Of a stretch of 64,000 nucleotides of DNA, positions 29,919 through 42,086 are shown in pieces. Origin of the DNA: an uncultured Bacteroidota bacterium. Its GTDB lineage: Bacteria; Bacteroidota; Bacteroidia; Bacteroidales; VadinHA17. A model generated the notes under the pieces. That model was not told where the DNA came from, made no database searches, and worked only from the letters and a program-made list of their open reading frames with translations. A program made the translations under genes and the position numbers. Location of the stretch: NCBI GenBank assembly GCA_963772715.1, contig CAVYYM010000033.1, positions 220,549-284,548 of the forward strand, in the 5' to 3' direction. The first letter of the stretch is position 1. Each line of letters opens with the position of its first letter.

Positions 29919-30098
29919 TTAAATATTTTCAACTTTTACCAGGTGGCTGATCTTATGCACCATTCCCAGGATCTGGGGTGTGGCCTCAAGCTCAACACTG
30001 TGGTTCAATTTATGGATGCCGAGGGCATCAAGGGTCCTCTTCTGTCTTTCAGGTTTCCCGTTCCTGCTTTTCACCTGGGTGATACGAATCTTTGCCAT
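29919..30098 (-). CDS. rpmD: 50S ribosomal protein L30
   Basis: Just below the ORF-track cutoff. Manual translation gives MAKIRITQVKSRNGKPERQKRTLDALGIHKLNHSVELEATPQILGMVHKISHLVKVENI* (59 aa). The plus-strand ORF 29907..30116 is its antisense shadow. Confidence 0.93.
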   Translation of the reverse strand: MAKIRITQVKSRNGKPERQKRTLDALGIHKLNHSVELEATPQILGMVHKISHLVKVENI

Positions 30099-30112
30099 AG
30101 TGATATGTATTG

Positions 30113-30628
30113 CTAACCATTAAATACTTTTTCCATCTTCACTCCCCTGTGCTCGGCTATCGAGTAGGGATCGCGCATTTCGAGCAGCGCTGCAAAAGTT
30201 GCCTTGACGAGGTTGTGAGGGTTCGATGAGCCCTTGGATTTTGCGAGCACATTCTTTACTCCCACACTCTCAAGGACGGCGCGCATGGCACCTCCAGCCT
30301 TAACTCCCGTACCGGGAGAAGCAGGCTTGATGAACACCTTGGCTCCGCCAAATTTAGCTACCTGTTCGTGAGGCACAGTTCCATTAATAACCGGCACCTT
30401 TATCAGGTTCTTCTTGGCATCTTCGATGCCTTTTGCTATCGCGGTTGTGACTTCACTGGCTTTACCAAGGCCATGGCCAACTATGCCGCTTTCATTTCCC
30501 ACGACAACGATCGCTGAGAAACTGAACGTACGTCCTCCTTTTGTTACCTTGGTAACTCTCTGAATACTAACAAGCCTGTCTTTCAGTTCCAGGTCGCTGG
30601 TTTTTACTTTTCTTATACCTTCTGCCAT
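30113..30628 (-). CDS. rpsE: 30S ribosomal protein S5
   Basis: 171-aa [25 protein letters not shown]. Confidence 0.97.
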   Translation of the reverse strand: MAEGIRKVKTSDLELKDRLVSIQRVTKVTKGGRTFSFSAIVVVGNESGIVGHGLGKASEVTTAIAKGIEDAKKNLIKVPVINGTVPHEQVAKFGGAKVFIKPASPGTGVKAGGAMRAVLESVGVKNVLAKSKGSSNPHNLVKATFAALLEMRDPYSIAEHRGVKMEKVFNG

Positions 30629-30634
30629 AATTCA

Positions 30635-30997
30635 CTAAAATTTTAATCCGCCTTCGCGGGCTGCATCAGCCAATGATTTTACCCTGCCATGATATTTATA
30701 TCCGCTTCTGTCGAATACCACCGATTCAATACCCTTTTCCTTGCATTTCACTGCCAGGAGCTTTCCGACAAGCCTGGCCTGTTCGGTTTTCTTGATACCT
30801 GCCGACTTGTCAGCCACTTCTTTCTCCTTCGATGAAACTGCCAGAAGGGTTACCTTATTCAGGTCGTCGACAACCTGCACATATATCTGTTTATTGCTTC
30901 GGTATACTGCCAGTCTTGGTATTTCGACAGTACCGCTTATCTTTTTCCGGATCCTCATTTTGATCCTCGTCCTTCTTTCCAACTTCGTTAAGGCCAT
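30635..30997 (-). CDS. rplR: 50S ribosomal protein L18
   Basis: 120-aa ORF with canonical L18, in the spc-operon position. Confidence 0.96.
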   Translation of the reverse strand: MALTKLERRTRIKMRIRKKISGTVEIPRLAVYRSNKQIYVQVVDDLNKVTLLAVSSKEKEVADKSAGIKKTEQARLVGKLLAVKCKEKGIESVVFDRSGYKYHGRVKSLADAAREGGLKF

Positions 30998-31029
30998 TTC
31001 TTTAGACTTTTTCCTGATTAATACACACC

Positions 31030-31584
31030 TTAAACACTAGCCGACTTACCAGCTTTTCTTCTGAGCTGTTCGCCGACAAACTTAATACCTTTGCCTTTAT
31101 AGGGTTCCGGCGGACGGAGAGATCTGATCTTTGCTGCTACATGGCCGATAAGCTGCTTATCGATGCTGGTAAGAGTAATTACCGGATTGCTCCTTCTTTC
31201 GGTTTTTGTTTCGATCTTCACTTCCTGCGGAAGCTGCATGATGATATCATGTGAATATCCAAGGCTCATTTCAAGCATCTGACCTTTGGCTTCTGCACGA
31301 TAACCTACGCCGACGAGTTCAAGCTCCTTCTTATATCCCTGCGAAACACCGGTTACCATGTTGGCAAGCAGGGCACGGTAAAGACCATGAAGGGATTTAT
31401 GGCTCTTCGATTCGGTAGGCCTGGTTAAAATGATCTGGTTGTCAACAACTTCGATCTTCAGGTCCTTATCAACATCCTGGGTCAGTTCCCCCAGCGGTCC
31501 TTTCACGCTAACCACATTGTTGTCACTTACGTTTACAGTGACTCCTTTGGGCAGGTTTACAGGTAATTTTCCAATTCGTGACAT
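31030..31584 (-). CDS. rplF: 50S ribosomal protein L6
   Basis: The ORF spans 31030..31614. The likely start is [15 protein letters not shown] at 31584. Confidence 0.96.
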   Translation of the reverse strand: MSRIGKLPVNLPKGVTVNVSDNNVVSVKGPLGELTQDVDKDLKIEVVDNQIILTRPTESKSHKSLHGLYRALLANMVTGVSQGYKKELELVGVGYRAEAKGQMLEMSLGYSHDIIMQLPQEVKIETKTERRSNPVITLTSIDKQLIGHVAAKIRSLRPPEPYKGKGIKFVGEQLRRKAGKSASV

Positions 31585-31598
31585 TAGTTTTCCTCCTA

Positions 31599-31997
31599 TT
31601 AGTAAACGTAACACAACACTTCACCACCTATCTTCTCTTTCTTTGCCTCCTTGTCGGTCATCAGTCCCCTGGAAGTAGAGATGATTGCGATTCCAAGTCC
31701 GTTAAGTACTTTTGGCATCTCATCAGCTCCCGCATAGTGCCTGAGTCCGGGGCGGCTTATACGCTGCAGTTCCTTGATGGCAGGCTTCTTGCTTTTCATA
31801 TTATATTTGAGAGCGATCTTTAGCACTCCCTGAGGATATTTGCCTTCAACAACCTTATAACTGAGGATATAACCTTTTTCAAAAAGTATTCTTGCAATCT
31901 CCTTCTTAAGACCGGAAGCCGGCACCTCCACAACCTTATGACCGGCAAGGATCGAATTCCTTATTCTGGTCAGTAAATCTGCGATTGGATCAGTCAT
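31599..31997 (-). CDS. rpsH: 30S ribosomal protein S8
   Basis: 132-aa [18 protein letters not shown]. Confidence 0.97.
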   Translation of the reverse strand: MTDPIADLLTRIRNSILAGHKVVEVPASGLKKEIARILFEKGYILSYKVVEGKYPQGVLKIALKYNMKSKKPAIKELQRISRPGLRHYAGADEMPKVLNGLGIAIISTSRGLMTDKEAKKEKIGGEVLCYVY

Positions 31998-32036
31998 CTT
32001 ATATTCCTATTATTAGTTTATATTCCTTTTCCTTGA

Positions 32037-32306
32037 TTACCAGCTGGCTTTCTTCACACCCGGGATAAGTCCGAATGATGCCATTTCCCTGAATGTTATC
32101 CTGCTGACGCCGAACTGCCTCATGTATCCTCTTGAACGGCCTGTCAGCTTGCAGCGGTTACGCTGCCTGTTCGGATTCGAGTTCCTCGGGAGGCGGCTCA
32201 ATGCCACATAATTGCCCTCAGCTTTGAGCTGTGCTCTTCTCCCGGCATATTTCTTTGCCAGTTTTTCGCGTTTCACTTCGCGGGCGACCATGGATATCTT
32301 AGCCAT
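32037..32306 (-). CDS. rpsN: 30S ribosomal protein S14 (long, non-zinc form)
   Basis: 89-aa ORF ending in the canonical S14 C-terminus (...PGVKKASW). Confidence 0.96.
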   Translation of the reverse strand: MAKISMVAREVKREKLAKKYAGRRAQLKAEGNYVALSRLPRNSNPNRQRNRCKLTGRSRGYMRQFGVSRITFREMASFGLIPGVKKASW

Positions 32307-32310
32307 ATGA

Positions 32311-32862
32311 TTAGTTTTTAGATGTTTTAAATGGTAATCCGAAATTCTTCAAAAGGGAGAGTGCTTCCTCATCTGTTTTGCCAGAGGTAACAAATGTGAT
32401 CTGAAGTCCCATTATCTTTGAAACCTTATCGAGGTCGATTTCCGGGAAAATTATCTGTTCGGTAATTCCCAGCGTATAATTTCCACGGCCGTCGAGCTTG
32501 GCACTGATTCCCTTGAAGTCGCGGATACGCGGCAGTGCCACAGATATCAGCCTTTCAAGGAATTCATACATTTTGTCTTTCCTGAGCGTGACCATAATAC
32601 CGATCGGCATATTCTTTCTCAGCTTGAAGTTCGAAATATCCTTTGACGAATAGGTAAGAACAGCCTTCTGTCCTGCTATGTCGGATAATTCCTTAACTCC
32701 CGACTCAAGCAGCTTCTTGTCGGCAATTGCCTGTCCGACTCCCTGATTCAGGACAATCTTTTCCAGTTTCGGGACCTGCATTACGGTTTTATAACCGAAT
32801 TCCTTCATCAATGCAGGGACGATCTCGTCACTATACTTTGTTTTCAGTGCAGGTATATACAT
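32311..32862 (-). CDS. rplE: 50S ribosomal protein L5
   Basis: 183-aa ORF with canonical L5. Confidence 0.96.
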   Translation of the reverse strand: MYIPALKTKYSDEIVPALMKEFGYKTVMQVPKLEKIVLNQGVGQAIADKKLLESGVKELSDIAGQKAVLTYSSKDISNFKLRKNMPIGIMVTLRKDKMYEFLERLISVALPRIRDFKGISAKLDGRGNYTLGITEQIIFPEIDLDKVSKIMGLQITFVTSGKTDEEALSLLKNFGLPFKTSKN

Positions 32863-33185
32863 TACTTGATCTCCTCTCCTGATTTTTTTGAATAACGTAC
32901 CAGTTTATTTTTCTCATTGAGCTTTTTGCCAACACGTGTAGGTTTTCCTGATGTAGGATCCATAAGCATCAGATTCGACAAATGTATCGGAGCCTCCTTC
33001 TTCACAATGCCTCCCTGGGGAGCTTTCGAATTAGGCTTTGTATGCTTCGACACCATGTTTACTCCCTCTACGAGAGCCCTGTCCTTCTTTCTGTCTACTT
33101 CCAGAACACGTCCTTTCTGACCTTTTGACTCACCGGTTATCACCATAACCGTATCACCTTTCTTTATATGTAATTTCTTTTGCAT
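32862..33185 (-). CDS. rplX: 50S ribosomal protein L24
   Basis: 107-aa ORF with a KOW motif ([22 protein letters not shown]). Confidence 0.96.
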   Translation of the reverse strand: MQKKLHIKKGDTVMVITGESKGQKGRVLEVDRKKDRALVEGVNMVSKHTKPNSKAPQGGIVKKEAPIHLSNLMLMDPTSGKPTRVGKKLNEKNKLVRYSKKSGEEIK

Positions 33186-33204
33186 CGTCGCGTCTTTATA
33201 AATA

Positions 33205-33570
33205 TTACAATACTTCAGGTGCCAGTGAAACGATCTTCATATACTTGTCACGCAGTTCCCTGGCCACCGGGCCGAAAATACGGGTTCCGCGCACTTCGTT
33301 CTGGTCGTTGAGAAGGACAACTGCATTGTCGTCGAACCTTATATAGGACCCATCCGAGCGGCGAATCTCCTTTGTTGTCCTGACGACCACGGCCCTGCTC
33401 ACGGTGCCTTTCTTGGCTTCACCAGAGGGAAGCGCTGATTTCACGCTCACGACTATCTTATCGCCAACAGTGGCATATCTTTTCTTGCTGCCGCCGAGTA
33501 CCCTTATGCATAATACCTCCTTGGCGCCTGAGTTGTCGGCTACTGTTAGCCTTGTTTCCTGCTGTATCAT
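33205..33570 (-). CDS. rplN: 50S ribosomal protein L14
   Basis: 121-aa [30 protein letters not shown]. Confidence 0.97.
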   Translation of the reverse strand: MIQQETRLTVADNSGAKEVLCIRVLGGSKKRYATVGDKIVVSVKSALPSGEAKKGTVSRAVVVRTTKEIRRSDGSYIRFDDNAVVLLNDQNEVRGTRIFGPVARELRDKYMKIVSLAPEVL

Positions 33571-33572
33571 GA

Positions 33573-33827
33573 TTACTTAGCTCTTTCGATTATTTCTACC
33601 AATCTCCAGGTTTTGTTCTTGCTCAGAGGCCTGGTCTCCGAAATGCGTACCGTATCGCCGATATTGCATGTATTCTCTTCATCGTGTGCCATCAACTTCT
33701 TTGTCTTGTTGATGAATTTGCCGTAGATAGGATGCTTGACCTTTCTTTTCACGGCAACGACGATTGATTTGTCCATTTTATTGCTGATGACAACACCAAT
33801 ACGATCTTTTCTTAAATTCCTTTCCAT
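33573..33827 (-). CDS. rpsQ: 30S ribosomal protein S17
   Basis: 84-aa ORF with canonical S17. Confidence 0.96.
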   Translation of the reverse strand: MERNLRKDRIGVVISNKMDKSIVVAVKRKVKHPIYGKFINKTKKLMAHDEENTCNIGDTVRISETRPLSKNKTWRLVEIIERAK

Positions 33828-33839
33828 CGCTGATTCGGC

Positions 33840-34043
33840 TTATTTAGATTTCTGTTTTGATTCCCTTTCACGCAATTCGGTAAGCAGGCGTGCAATCGTA
33901 AGCTTTGCCTGCTTCAGCTTCTGAGGATTATCGAGCGGAGTAATTGCATGGTTCATCTTCATACGAACTAGCATGGTCTTCTCAGTATCTATCCTTTCAA
34001 GAAGATCGGACATGCTTAATTCCCTAATTTCTGATATTTTCAT
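33840..34043 (-). CDS. rpmC: 50S ribosomal protein L29
   Basis: 67-aa ORF with canonical L29, in the expected position. Confidence 0.95.
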   Translation of the reverse strand: MKISEIRELSMSDLLERIDTEKTMLVRMKMNHAITPLDNPQKLKQAKLTIARLLTELRERESKQKSK

Positions 34044-34057
34044 CGCTGTAATGTTTT

Positions 34058-34477
34058 TTACTCAATGTAATCGCGGCGTACCACGAATTTTGTGGTTATC
34101 GGCAGTTTCTGTGCACCAAGGCGGAGAGCTTCCTTTGCAACAGCATAGGGAACACCTTCTGCTTCGAGCAGTATCCTGCCCGGTGTTACGGGAACAACAA
34201 ATCCTTCAGGCGCACCTTTTCCCTTACCCATACGAACCTCAGCAGGCTTCTTTGTTATAGGCTTGTCAGGGAACACCCTTATCCAAAGCTGTCCTTCACG
34301 TTTCATATGACGTGTAACAGCCTGACGGGCTGCCTCTATCTGCCTCCCTGTGATCCAGCTCTGCTCCAGAGCCTTGATTCCAAATGAACCGAATGCCAGC
34401 TGGTTGCCCCTCTGTGCATTGCCTTTCATTTTTCCCTTCTGGGCTCTCCTGTATTTGGACCTTTTTGGTTGTAACAT
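34058..34477 (-). CDS. rplP: 50S ribosomal protein L16
   Basis: 139-aa [22 protein letters not shown]. Confidence 0.97.
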   Translation of the reverse strand: MLQPKRSKYRRAQKGKMKGNAQRGNQLAFGSFGIKALEQSWITGRQIEAARQAVTRHMKREGQLWIRVFPDKPITKKPAEVRMGKGKGAPEGFVVPVTPGRILLEAEGVPYAVAKEALRLGAQKLPITTKFVVRRDYIE

Positions 34478-34508
34478 TGTGTTATATCTTAATAGATTAT
34501 ATAATCAA

Positions 34509-35216
34509 TTATTTTGTTCTTTCCTTTCCCTTCCTCTTAAGGCTTTTGTTCTTGGCATTCCTTGCTCCGATATTGGGACTGAGGTCTCTCTTTCCATAAA
34601 CTTCACCATTGCAAATCCATACCTTAATTCCGATCAGACCTACTTTCGTGTGTGCTTCCGCAAGCGCGTAGTCTATATCTGCGCGGAATGTATGAAGAGG
34701 TATACGGCCTTCCTTGTATGTTTCCGTTCTTGCCATTTCTGCGCCGCCGAGACGGCCTGAGATCAGGACTTTGATCCCTTCTGCTCCCATTCTCATTGTC
34801 GATGCGATGGCCATTTTTATGGCGCGGCGGTATGATATCTTGCCTTCGACCTGCCTGGCTATGTTGTTTCCGACGATGTTGGCATCGAGTTCGGGACGTT
34901 TCACCTCGAATATATTTATCTGAACTTCTTTTTTGGTAATCTTCTTCAGTTCCTCCTTGAGCTTGTCGACTTCCTGTCCGCCTTTTCCGATAATAATACC
35001 GGGACGTGCGGTATTGACGGTTACGGTAATAAGCTTAAGCGTTCTCTCGATAACTATTTTCGAGATACTTGCCTTGGCCAGCCTGGCATTCAGGTATTCC
35101 CTGATCTTTGTATCCTCAACCAGCTTGCCGGAAAAATCTTTTCCGCCGTACCAGTTTGAATCCCAGCCTTTTATTATACCTAATCGGTTACCTATCGGAT
35201 TTACTTTTTGTCCCAT
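34509..35216 (-). CDS. rpsC: 30S ribosomal protein S3
   Basis: 235-aa [26 protein letters not shown]. Confidence 0.97.
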   Translation of the reverse strand: MGQKVNPIGNRLGIIKGWDSNWYGGKDFSGKLVEDTKIREYLNARLAKASISKIVIERTLKLITVTVNTARPGIIIGKGGQEVDKLKEELKKITKKEVQINIFEVKRPELDANIVGNNIARQVEGKISYRRAIKMAIASTMRMGAEGIKVLISGRLGGAEMARTETYKEGRIPLHTFRADIDYALAEAHTKVGLIGIKVWICNGEVYGKRDLSPNIGARNAKNKSLKRKGKERTK

Positions 35217-35221
35217 CTGTA

Positions 35222-35644
35222 TTATTTTGTTGTATTTTCAACTTCTTCTTTTTTCATACTGTCGAGCACAAGGGTTACATGGTTTGATCTTTTTCTCAAC
35301 CTGTAAGCTCTTCCCTGGGGAGCTGTCTGCAGTCTTTTCATCGTACGTCCGCTATCAACATGAACCGTCTTCACATAGAGGTTGCTTTCTTCAACCCTTA
35401 CACCTTCATTTTTAGCCTGCCAGTTTGCAATTGCAGAAAGGAGAAGCTTCTCCAGCCTGCGTGATGCTTCCTGTGAACTGTATTTGAGGATATCAAGTGC
35501 CTTGTTGACATCCTTTCCGCTGATAAGACCGGTAACAAGCCTCATTTTCCTCGGTGAGGTCGGGCAGTTTCTGAGAACGGCCTGGTATCTTGCTTTTGAG
35601 GCCTCTTTTCTCGCTTCAGCTGTATTTCTTTTTCTTGCACCCAT
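35222..35644 (-). CDS. rplV: 50S ribosomal protein L22
   Basis: 140-aa ORF with canonical L22. Confidence 0.96.
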   Translation of the reverse strand: MGARKRNTAEARKEASKARYQAVLRNCPTSPRKMRLVTGLISGKDVNKALDILKYSSQEASRRLEKLLLSAIANWQAKNEGVRVEESNLYVKTVHVDSGRTMKRLQTAPQGRAYRLRKRSNHVTLVLDSMKKEEVENTTK

Positions 35645-35675
35645 TGCTGTAATTTTTTTTCAGTGTTTACATTTA

Positions 35676-35939
35676 TTATTTATTGCCAGAGTGACCCCTG
35701 AAAGTACGGGTAGGCGCAAATTCTCCGAGCTTGTGGCCTACCATGTTCTCTGTAATGTAAACAGGAATGAATTTGTTTCCGTTATGAACTGCTATAGTAT
35801 GTCCGACAAAGTCAGGTGAAATAACTGATCTTCTTGACCATGTCTTGACCACTGATTTTTTTCCGCTCGTATTCATCTCAAGAACTCTCTTCTCAAGCTT
35901 AAAATCAATAAAAGGGCCTTTTTTAATGGATCTGCTCAT
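35676..35939 (-). CDS. rpsS: 30S ribosomal protein S19
   Basis: 87-aa [18 protein letters not shown]. Confidence 0.97.
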   Translation of the reverse strand: MSRSIKKGPFIDFKLEKRVLEMNTSGKKSVVKTWSRRSVISPDFVGHTIAVHNGNKFIPVYITENMVGHKLGEFAPTRTFRGHSGNK

Positions 35940-35949
35940 AGTATATCAG

Positions 35950-36774
35950 TTATTTTTTCCTTCTTTCTATAATATGTTTTGCGGAATATTTCTTCTTGTC
36001 TCTTGTCTTGAAGCCTTTGGCCGGGATACCCCTGCGTGAACGAGGATGTCCGCCTGAAGCTCTTCCTTCGCCTCCGCCCATGGGGTGGTCGACCGGGTTC
36101 ATGACAACGCCCCTGACTCTGGGACGGCGACCCTGCCAGCGTGATCGTCCGGCCTTGCCTGATCTCTCAAGGTTGTGGTCGGCATTGGAAACTGTACCGA
36201 TTGTTGCACGGCATTCGACCAGTACCAGTCTTGTCTCACCCGAAGGAAGCTTGATGGTTGCATATTTACCTTCGCGGGCAGAGAGCTGGCCATAGGTTCC
36301 TGCACTGCGTGCAAGAGCTCCGCCTTTACCCGGCTTCAGCTCTATATTGTGAACGATGGTACCGAGCGGAATGTCGCTCAGGAACATAGTATTTCCAATT
36401 TCCGGAGTGGCACTCTTGCCTGAGAGGATCTTTTGTCCGACCTGAAGTCCTGACGGAGCGACAATATATCTCTTTTCGCCATCCTCATAAACAACAAGTG
36501 CGATCCTCGATGATCTGTTCGGATCGTACTCTATTGATTTAACTGTAGCATGCATGCCATCTTTCTCCCTGAGGAAATCGATAACCCTGTACATCTTTTT
36601 GTGACCGCCGCCGATGTACCTCATTGTCCTTTTGCCGTTAACGTTCCTTCCTCCGGATTTTCTGTGCGGTCGGAGGAGGGATTTCTCCGGCGTAGCGCTT
36701 GTGATATTGTCAAAAGCACTAGCGATCTTGTGTCTCTGACCTGGTGTAACAGGTTTGATCTTTCTGACTGCCAT
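35950..36774 (-). CDS. rplB: 50S ribosomal protein L2
   Basis: 274-aa ORF with canonical L2 ([14 protein letters not shown]). Confidence 0.97.
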   Translation of the reverse strand: MAVRKIKPVTPGQRHKIASAFDNITSATPEKSLLRPHRKSGGRNVNGKRTMRYIGGGHKKMYRVIDFLREKDGMHATVKSIEYDPNRSSRIALVVYEDGEKRYIVAPSGLQVGQKILSGKSATPEIGNTMFLSDIPLGTIVHNIELKPGKGGALARSAGTYGQLSAREGKYATIKLPSGETRLVLVECRATIGTVSNADHNLERSGKAGRSRWQGRRPRVRGVVMNPVDHPMGGGEGRASGGHPRSRRGIPAKGFKTRDKKKYSAKHIIERRKK

Positions 36775-36782
36775 ACTGGTTC

Positions 36783-37073
36783 TTAAATATTGCTATAGAA
36801 ATCAATTTTATTCCCTTCTGCAAGGGTTATAACAGCTTTCTTAAGAGCTGCTGTTTTTCCAACGAGAAGGCCCGATTTGGTATTACGGGATTTTACTTTC
36901 CCGCCATAACGCATCGTGTTCACCGAATCGACTGTAACACCGTACAGTTCCTCAACGGCTTTTTTAATCTGTAACTTGTTTGCGCTTTTGGCAACGAGAA
37001 AACCATAGCGATTGAATTTATCACCCTGGCTTGTCATCTTTTCCGTTACAATCGGTTTAAGCAAAATATTCAT
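36783..37073 (-). CDS. rplW: 50S ribosomal protein L23
   Basis: 96-aa ORF with canonical L23. Confidence 0.96.
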   Translation of the reverse strand: MNILLKPIVTEKMTSQGDKFNRYGFLVAKSANKLQIKKAVEELYGVTVDSVNTMRYGGKVKSRNTKSGLLVGKTAALKKAVITLAEGNKIDFYSNI

Positions 37074-37086
37074 TACTCAAATTTTT

Positions 37087-37716
37087 CTAGTTTTCAAATG
37101 TTGCCTGCAAAACGTCAACTGCGCTCTCCACAAGCACCAGAGTCGAAGCTCTCATTATCTCATAAGTACTTAACTCACTGGCTATTATAACTTCAACCCC
37201 TTGCGTATTTCGGGCTGACAAATATATATTTTTATTTTGTTCTGGTAAAACAATAAGCGATTTTTTATCTGTTATATTCAGATTCGCTCCCATTTTGACC
37301 ATTTCCTTTGTTTTTGGAGCTTCAAAAGAGAAGTCTTCAAGAACTATGATATTATTTGACGAAGCCTTGTAGGAGAGAGCTGATTTTCTTGCCAGCTCCT
37401 TCACCTTTTTATTCAGTTTGAAGCCATAGTATCTCGGTTTTGGTCCAAATACGCGTCCACCCCCCCTGAACAGAGGGTTCTTAAGGCTGCCTGCACGTGC
37501 CGTACCGGTACCTTTCTGCCTCTTGATCTTCCTGGTGCTGGCTGTTATTTCTCCACGCTCCTTGGACTTGTGAGTCCCCTGACGCTGATTTGCAAGGAAC
37601 TGTTTGGTATCCAGGTAAATGGCATGGTCGTTAGGCTCAATACCGAAAATGGAATCGTTAAGCTTAACTTTCCTTCCGGTTTCCTTACCATCAATATTGA
37701 CAACTGCTAATTCCAT
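37087..37716 (-). CDS. rplD: 50S ribosomal protein L4
   Basis: 209-aa ORF with canonical L4. Confidence 0.96.
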   Translation of the reverse strand: MELAVVNIDGKETGRKVKLNDSIFGIEPNDHAIYLDTKQFLANQRQGTHKSKERGEITASTRKIKRQKGTGTARAGSLKNPLFRGGGRVFGPKPRYYGFKLNKKVKELARKSALSYKASSNNIIVLEDFSFEAPKTKEMVKMGANLNITDKKSLIVLPEQNKNIYLSARNTQGVEVIIASELSTYEIMRASTLVLVESAVDVLQATFEN

Positions 37717-38336
37717 TATTTTGTAATTATTACGTAACCACCTTTTGGACCGGGAACTGATCCTTTAACTATAAGTATATTGCTTTCAGCCATAAGCTTC
37801 ATGACCTTCATGCTTATCGACATCACCATGTCGCCACCCATGCGGCCTGCCATTCTCATTCCAGGCAGCACCCTTGAAGGGAATGATGAAGCACCGAGTG
37901 AGCCCGGAGCCCTGCCCCTGTTATGCTGGCCATGGGTTTGTCCTCCAACACCGCTGAAGTTATGACGTCTTACCACACCCTGAAATCCTTTGCCTTTCGA
38001 CCATCCCCTGACATCGACCCAGTTGTCGGGTCTGAAGAGTTCTGCTGTCAGCACTTCGCCCTCTTTAACCTGTCCCTCTCCAAATCCCGTGAATTCAATA
38101 ACCTTTCTTTTCGGAGCGGTGCTGACTTTCTTGAAATGACCTATTTCAGCTTTTGTAGAGTGTTTTTCCTTTTTATCGTCGAATCCCAGCTGCACTGCAA
38201 AGTAGCCATCCTTATCAACAGTCTTTATCTGTGTTACAACACACGGACCAGCCTGAAGAACCGTACACGCGACATTCTTTCCTTCCTCATCGAAGAGGGA
38301 AGTCATCCCGACCTTTTTTCCTATTAATCCCTGCAT
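37716..38336 (-). CDS. rplC: 50S ribosomal protein L3
   Basis: 206-aa [22 protein letters not shown]. Confidence 0.97.
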   Translation of the reverse strand: MQGLIGKKVGMTSLFDEEGKNVACTVLQAGPCVVTQIKTVDKDGYFAVQLGFDDKKEKHSTKAEIGHFKKVSTAPKRKVIEFTGFGEGQVKEGEVLTAELFRPDNWVDVRGWSKGKGFQGVVRRHNFSGVGGQTHGQHNRGRAPGSLGASSFPSRVLPGMRMAGRMGGDMVMSISMKVMKLMAESNILIVKGSVPGPKGGYVIITK

Positions 38337-38357
38337 CTCTTTAAATCTTTACTGGTT

Positions 38358-38663
38358 TCACACTTTAATTTCAACTTCAACTCCGCTGGGAAGCTCAAGC
38401 TTCATAAGGGCGTCGATCGTTTTGGGCGTCGAGCTGTAAATATCGAGCAGTCTCTTGTATGAAGAGAGCTGAAACTGTTCCCTCGCCTTCTTGTTCACAA
38501 AGGGCGATCTCAGGACAGTATAGATCTTTTTGTGGGTGGGAAGAGGTATCGGACCGCTTACCACAGCTCCGGTAGATTTTACCGTCTTCACGATCTTCTC
38601 GGCAGACTTATCCACCAGATTATGATCGTAGGATTTCAATTTGATACGAATTTTCTGACTCAT
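38358..38663 (-). CDS. rpsJ: 30S ribosomal protein S10
   Basis: 101-aa [21 protein letters not shown]. Confidence 0.97.
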   Translation of the reverse strand: MSQKIRIKLKSYDHNLVDKSAEKIVKTVKSTGAVVSGPIPLPTHKKIYTVLRSPFVNKKAREQFQLSSYKRLLDIYSSTPKTIDALMKLELPSGVEVEIKV

Positions 38664-38665
38664 CT

Positions 38666-40768
38666 TTAAAGAATTTTTCCTTTTGTAATTTCGACAATTC
38701 TGTTAGCTATTTCTGCAGGCACCTCTTCGTAGTGCGAAAACTCCATTGTTGAAGTTGCCCTACCGGAGGTAAGGGTACGGAGTACAGTAACATAGCCGAA
38801 TTTTTCTGCCAGCGGTACCTTAGCCTTGATTACCCTTGAACCTGCTTTCGATTCCATACCTTCCACTTTGCCTCTACGCCTGTTGAAATCGCTGATCACA
38901 TCACCCACGTATTCTTCGGGAGTAACCACTTCCGTCGACATTATGGGTTCAAGCAAAACAGGATTGCATTTCCCGACAAACCTTCTGAATGCCTGCTTTG
39001 CAGCAATCTCAAACGAGAGAGCATCGGAGTCAACCGGATGGTACGAACCGTCCTTGAGAACTACTTTTAAACTATCAAGAGGGAAGCCTGCAATGGGTCC
39101 GTTCGACATTGCTTCACGGAAACCCTTTTCCACTGAAGGAATGTATTCCTTCGGAATATTGCCTCCCCTGATCTCATTAACAAACTGAAGGCCTCTGATA
39201 TCATCATCCGTCGGAGAAAGCTCGACAGTGATATCTGCGAACTTACCTCTGCCTCCTGTCTGCTTCTTGAATACTTCGCGGAACTCGGCTGATGATGTAA
39301 TGGCCTCTTTATAAGCAACCTGGGGCGCACCCTGGTTACATTCAACGTTAAACTCCCTTTTTAACCGGTCAATAAGTACCTCCAGGTGGAGCTCACCCAT
39401 TCCGCTGATAATTGTCTGTCCGCTGTCGGGATCGGTCTTAACCTGGAATGTCGGATCTTCCTCGGACAGCTTGTGAAGCCCCATCGAAAGCTTGTCGACA
39501 TCGGCCTGTGTTTTAGGTTCTACAGCCACTCCTATTACAGGTTCAGGGAAATCCATTGATTCGAGCAATATAGGCTTGTGTATCGCACAAAGCGTATCAC
39601 CAGTCTTAAGGTCCTTGAATCCTATGCCTGCGCCTATATCGCCTGCTGAAATGCTCTCTTCAGGATTCTGCTTATTGGCATGCATCTGGAAAAGGCGGTT
39701 TATCCTCTCCCTTTTCCCGGTGCGCACATTAAGAACGGTATCTCCGGCATGGAGCGTCCCTGAATAGATCCGAAGGAAAACCAGGCGTCCCACAAACGGA
39801 TCTGTTGCTATTTTGAAAGCGAGAGCCGCCAATGGTGCTTCATCGTCGGGCTCACGTGTAATTTCCTCATCATTTTTCGGATCTTTTCCGGTAATTGCGC
39901 CTTTGTCCACCGGTGAGGGGAGGAAGGCGGTAACTGCGTCGAGAAGGTTCTGAATACCTTTATTCTTGAATGCTGCACCGCATATGACAGGGACAGCATG
40001 GCCAGAGATCGTCACTTTCCTCAGTGCTATAAGTATCTCTTCCTGTGTTATTGATTCGTGATCTTCGACATATCTCCCGAGAAGGGTATCATCAACTTCT
40101 GCAACAGCTTCAATCAGCTTGCCGCGCCATTCTTCAGCCTCATCCAGGAGATCCGCAGGTATGTCGGTAATTTCGAACCTTGCACCCAGAGCCTCATCAT
40201 CATTGTAGATTATGGCTTTCATCTGTATAAGGTCGACCATGCCAAGAAAGTTTTCCTCAGCACCGATCGGAATCTGAACAGGCACCGGATTTGATCCGAG
40301 CTTCTCCCTTATCTCATGCACCACGCTGAAAAAATCTGCTCCTGCGCGGTCCATCTTATTTACGAAAGCGATCCTCGGAACTACGTATTTATTGGCCTGT
40401 CTCCATACCGTTTCTGACTGTGGCTCGACACCGCCGACAGCACAGAAGACAGCCACTGCGCCATCGAGAACCCTGAGTGATCTCTCAACCTCGACCGTAA
40501 AGTCGACATGACCAGGAGTGTCGATGATATTTATCTTGTACTCCTCACCATTATATTTCCAGTATGTTGTTGTAGCGGCTGAGGTAATGGTAATACCTCT
40601 CTCCTGCTCCTGAACCATCCAGTCCATCTGGGCATTGCCGTCATGCACTTCTCCCATGCGATGGGTACGACCGGTATAGAACAGAATGCGTTCTGTAGTA
40701 GTGGTCTTGCCGGCATCGATGTGGGCCATGATCCCGATGTTCCTGGTATATTTCAGATTTTTATCCAT
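38666..40768 (-). CDS. fusA: Elongation factor G (canonical)
   Basis: 700-aa ORF with intact G motifs [17 protein letters not shown] and NKMD, in the str-operon position. Confidence 0.97.
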   Translation of the reverse strand: MDKNLKYTRNIGIMAHIDAGKTTTTERILFYTGRTHRMGEVHDGNAQMDWMVQEQERGITITSAATTTYWKYNGEEYKINIIDTPGHVDFTVEVERSLRVLDGAVAVFCAVGGVEPQSETVWRQANKYVVPRIAFVNKMDRAGADFFSVVHEIREKLGSNPVPVQIPIGAEENFLGMVDLIQMKAIIYNDDEALGARFEITDIPADLLDEAEEWRGKLIEAVAEVDDTLLGRYVEDHESITQEEILIALRKVTISGHAVPVICGAAFKNKGIQNLLDAVTAFLPSPVDKGAITGKDPKNDEEITREPDDEAPLAALAFKIATDPFVGRLVFLRIYSGTLHAGDTVLNVRTGKRERINRLFQMHANKQNPEESISAGDIGAGIGFKDLKTGDTLCAIHKPILLESMDFPEPVIGVAVEPKTQADVDKLSMGLHKLSEEDPTFQVKTDPDSGQTIISGMGELHLEVLIDRLKREFNVECNQGAPQVAYKEAITSSAEFREVFKKQTGGRGKFADITVELSPTDDDIRGLQFVNEIRGGNIPKEYIPSVEKGFREAMSNGPIAGFPLDSLKVVLKDGSYHPVDSDALSFEIAAKQAFRRFVGKCNPVLLEPIMSTEVVTPEEYVGDVISDFNRRRGKVEGMESKAGSRVIKAKVPLAEKFGYVTVLRTLTSGRATSTMEFSHYEEVPAEIANRIVEITKGKIL

Positions 40769-40794
40769 TTATCTGCCGCAGGGCTGAATATCAA

Positions 40795-41271
40795 TTAAAA
40801 GCGGAAATGGGCGAAAGCCTTGTTGGCTTCGGCCATCCGGTGAGTATCTTCCTTTTTCTTATATGCACCGCCTTCAAGCTTGTATGCTGCCATGATCTCG
40901 GCTGAAAGACGATCTGCCATTGAATGGCCGGTACGCTTGCGGGCAAAGGAGATCATGTTCTTCATGCTGATGCTTACCTTGCGGTCGGTACGTATTTCCA
41001 TAGGTACCTGAAAGGTTGCACCGCCGACGCGTCTGGCTTTAACTTCAACCTGAGGCGTTACATTTTCAAGAGCCTGCTTGAATATTTCGAGAGGCGTCTT
41101 ACCTTCATTCTTGAATTTATCGGCAACGATATCGAGTGAATCATAAACAATCTGGTAAGCAATCGATTTCTTACCGTTGTACATAAGATTATTGACAAAC
41201 CTTGTTACATAAGGATCCTTGTATTTTGGATCCGGTAACAGAATCCTCTTCTTTGGTTTTGATTTTCTCAT
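40795..41271 (-). CDS. rpsG: 30S ribosomal protein S7
   Basis: 158-aa ORF with canonical S7. Confidence 0.97.
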   Translation of the reverse strand: MRKSKPKKRILLPDPKYKDPYVTRFVNNLMYNGKKSIAYQIVYDSLDIVADKFKNEGKTPLEIFKQALENVTPQVEVKARRVGGATFQVPMEIRTDRKVSISMKNMISFARKRTGHSMADRLSAEIMAAYKLEGGAYKKKEDTHRMAEANKAFAHFRF

Positions 41272-41289
41272 TATCTTATTTCTTTAATG

Positions 41290-41664
41290 TTACTTCTTCG
41301 GCCTTTTTGCGCCATATTTTGATCTTCTCTGGGTACGGCCGTCAACGCCGGATGTATCGAGGGCACCACGAACGAGGTGATAACGGACACCCGGAAGGTC
41401 TTTCACCCTGCCACCCCTGATGAGTACTATGGAGTGTTCCTGGAGGTTATGGCCTTCTCCCGGAATGTAGGCGTTTACTTCTTTCTGGTTTGTAAGCCTT
41501 ACCCTGGCAACTTTCCTCATTGCTGAATTTGGTTTCTTCGGTGTGGTGGTGTAAACGCGCACGCAAACACCCCTTCTCTGAGGACATGAATCGAGGGCCG
41601 GAGCTTTACTTTTATCTACCAGTTTCTTCCTGCCTTTTCTTACTAACTGCTGAATTGTCGGCAT
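41290..41664 (-). CDS. rpsL: 30S ribosomal protein S12
   Basis: 124-aa [27 protein letters not shown]. Confidence 0.97.
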   Translation of the reverse strand: MPTIQQLVRKGRKKLVDKSKAPALDSCPQRRGVCVRVYTTTPKKPNSAMRKVARVRLTNQKEVNAYIPGEGHNLQEHSIVLIRGGRVKDLPGVRYHLVRGALDTSGVDGRTQRRSKYGAKRPKK

Positions 41665-41709
41665 ATTTCCAATTATTAAGTATTAAATTTTACTTCAAAA
41701 AATGGTTTG

Positions 41710-41717
41710 CAAAGGTA
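41710..41717 (-). promoter_or_regulatory. Candidate -7 box (TACCTTTG) for the rpsL-led operon
   Basis: Minus-strand match to TAnnTTTG about 46 nt upstream of the rpsL ATG. This is a motif match only. Confidence 0.35.
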
Positions 41718-42086
41718 TTAATTAAATTTCTAAATCCGTAATCAGGTTCAATATTTTTCTTAAACACAACTACACGCACATTTACCACAGGCCTGAAATG
41801 CCAATAATCAGGCCTTACAGCATGTTTTGAAACTATGTCTATTCTAACTTAGGTGTAAGTTATGAACAGGTGACTTCCCGACCTTCCCCAGTGAAAAACG
41901 TTTTGTAAACTTACCTTCGAAAGAAAAACCGGTACTCCTGTGTTTCAAAAAACTGGTGCAAAGAAAATAAATATTTTGCAATTCTATTCTCTTTCTTAAA
42001 CTGTTTTTACAAAAAACTATTATTTTTGCCACCTCCGAACAGGGAGTCAATATAAATAAAACACAATAATATAATAACATACAATT

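Noticed and set aside
29907-30116. 69-aa plus-strand ORF in the rplO/rpsE spacer
   Set aside because: The opposite strand encodes a canonical 59-aa L30 (29919..30098), so the plus-strand ORF is its antisense shadow.
41780-41810. 8-bp stem AGGCCTGA...TCAGGCCT in the rpsL / EF-G-paralog spacer as a terminator
   Set aside because: No U-tract follows on either strand, and it lies between two divergent gene starts where no terminator is expected. I noted it but assigned no function.
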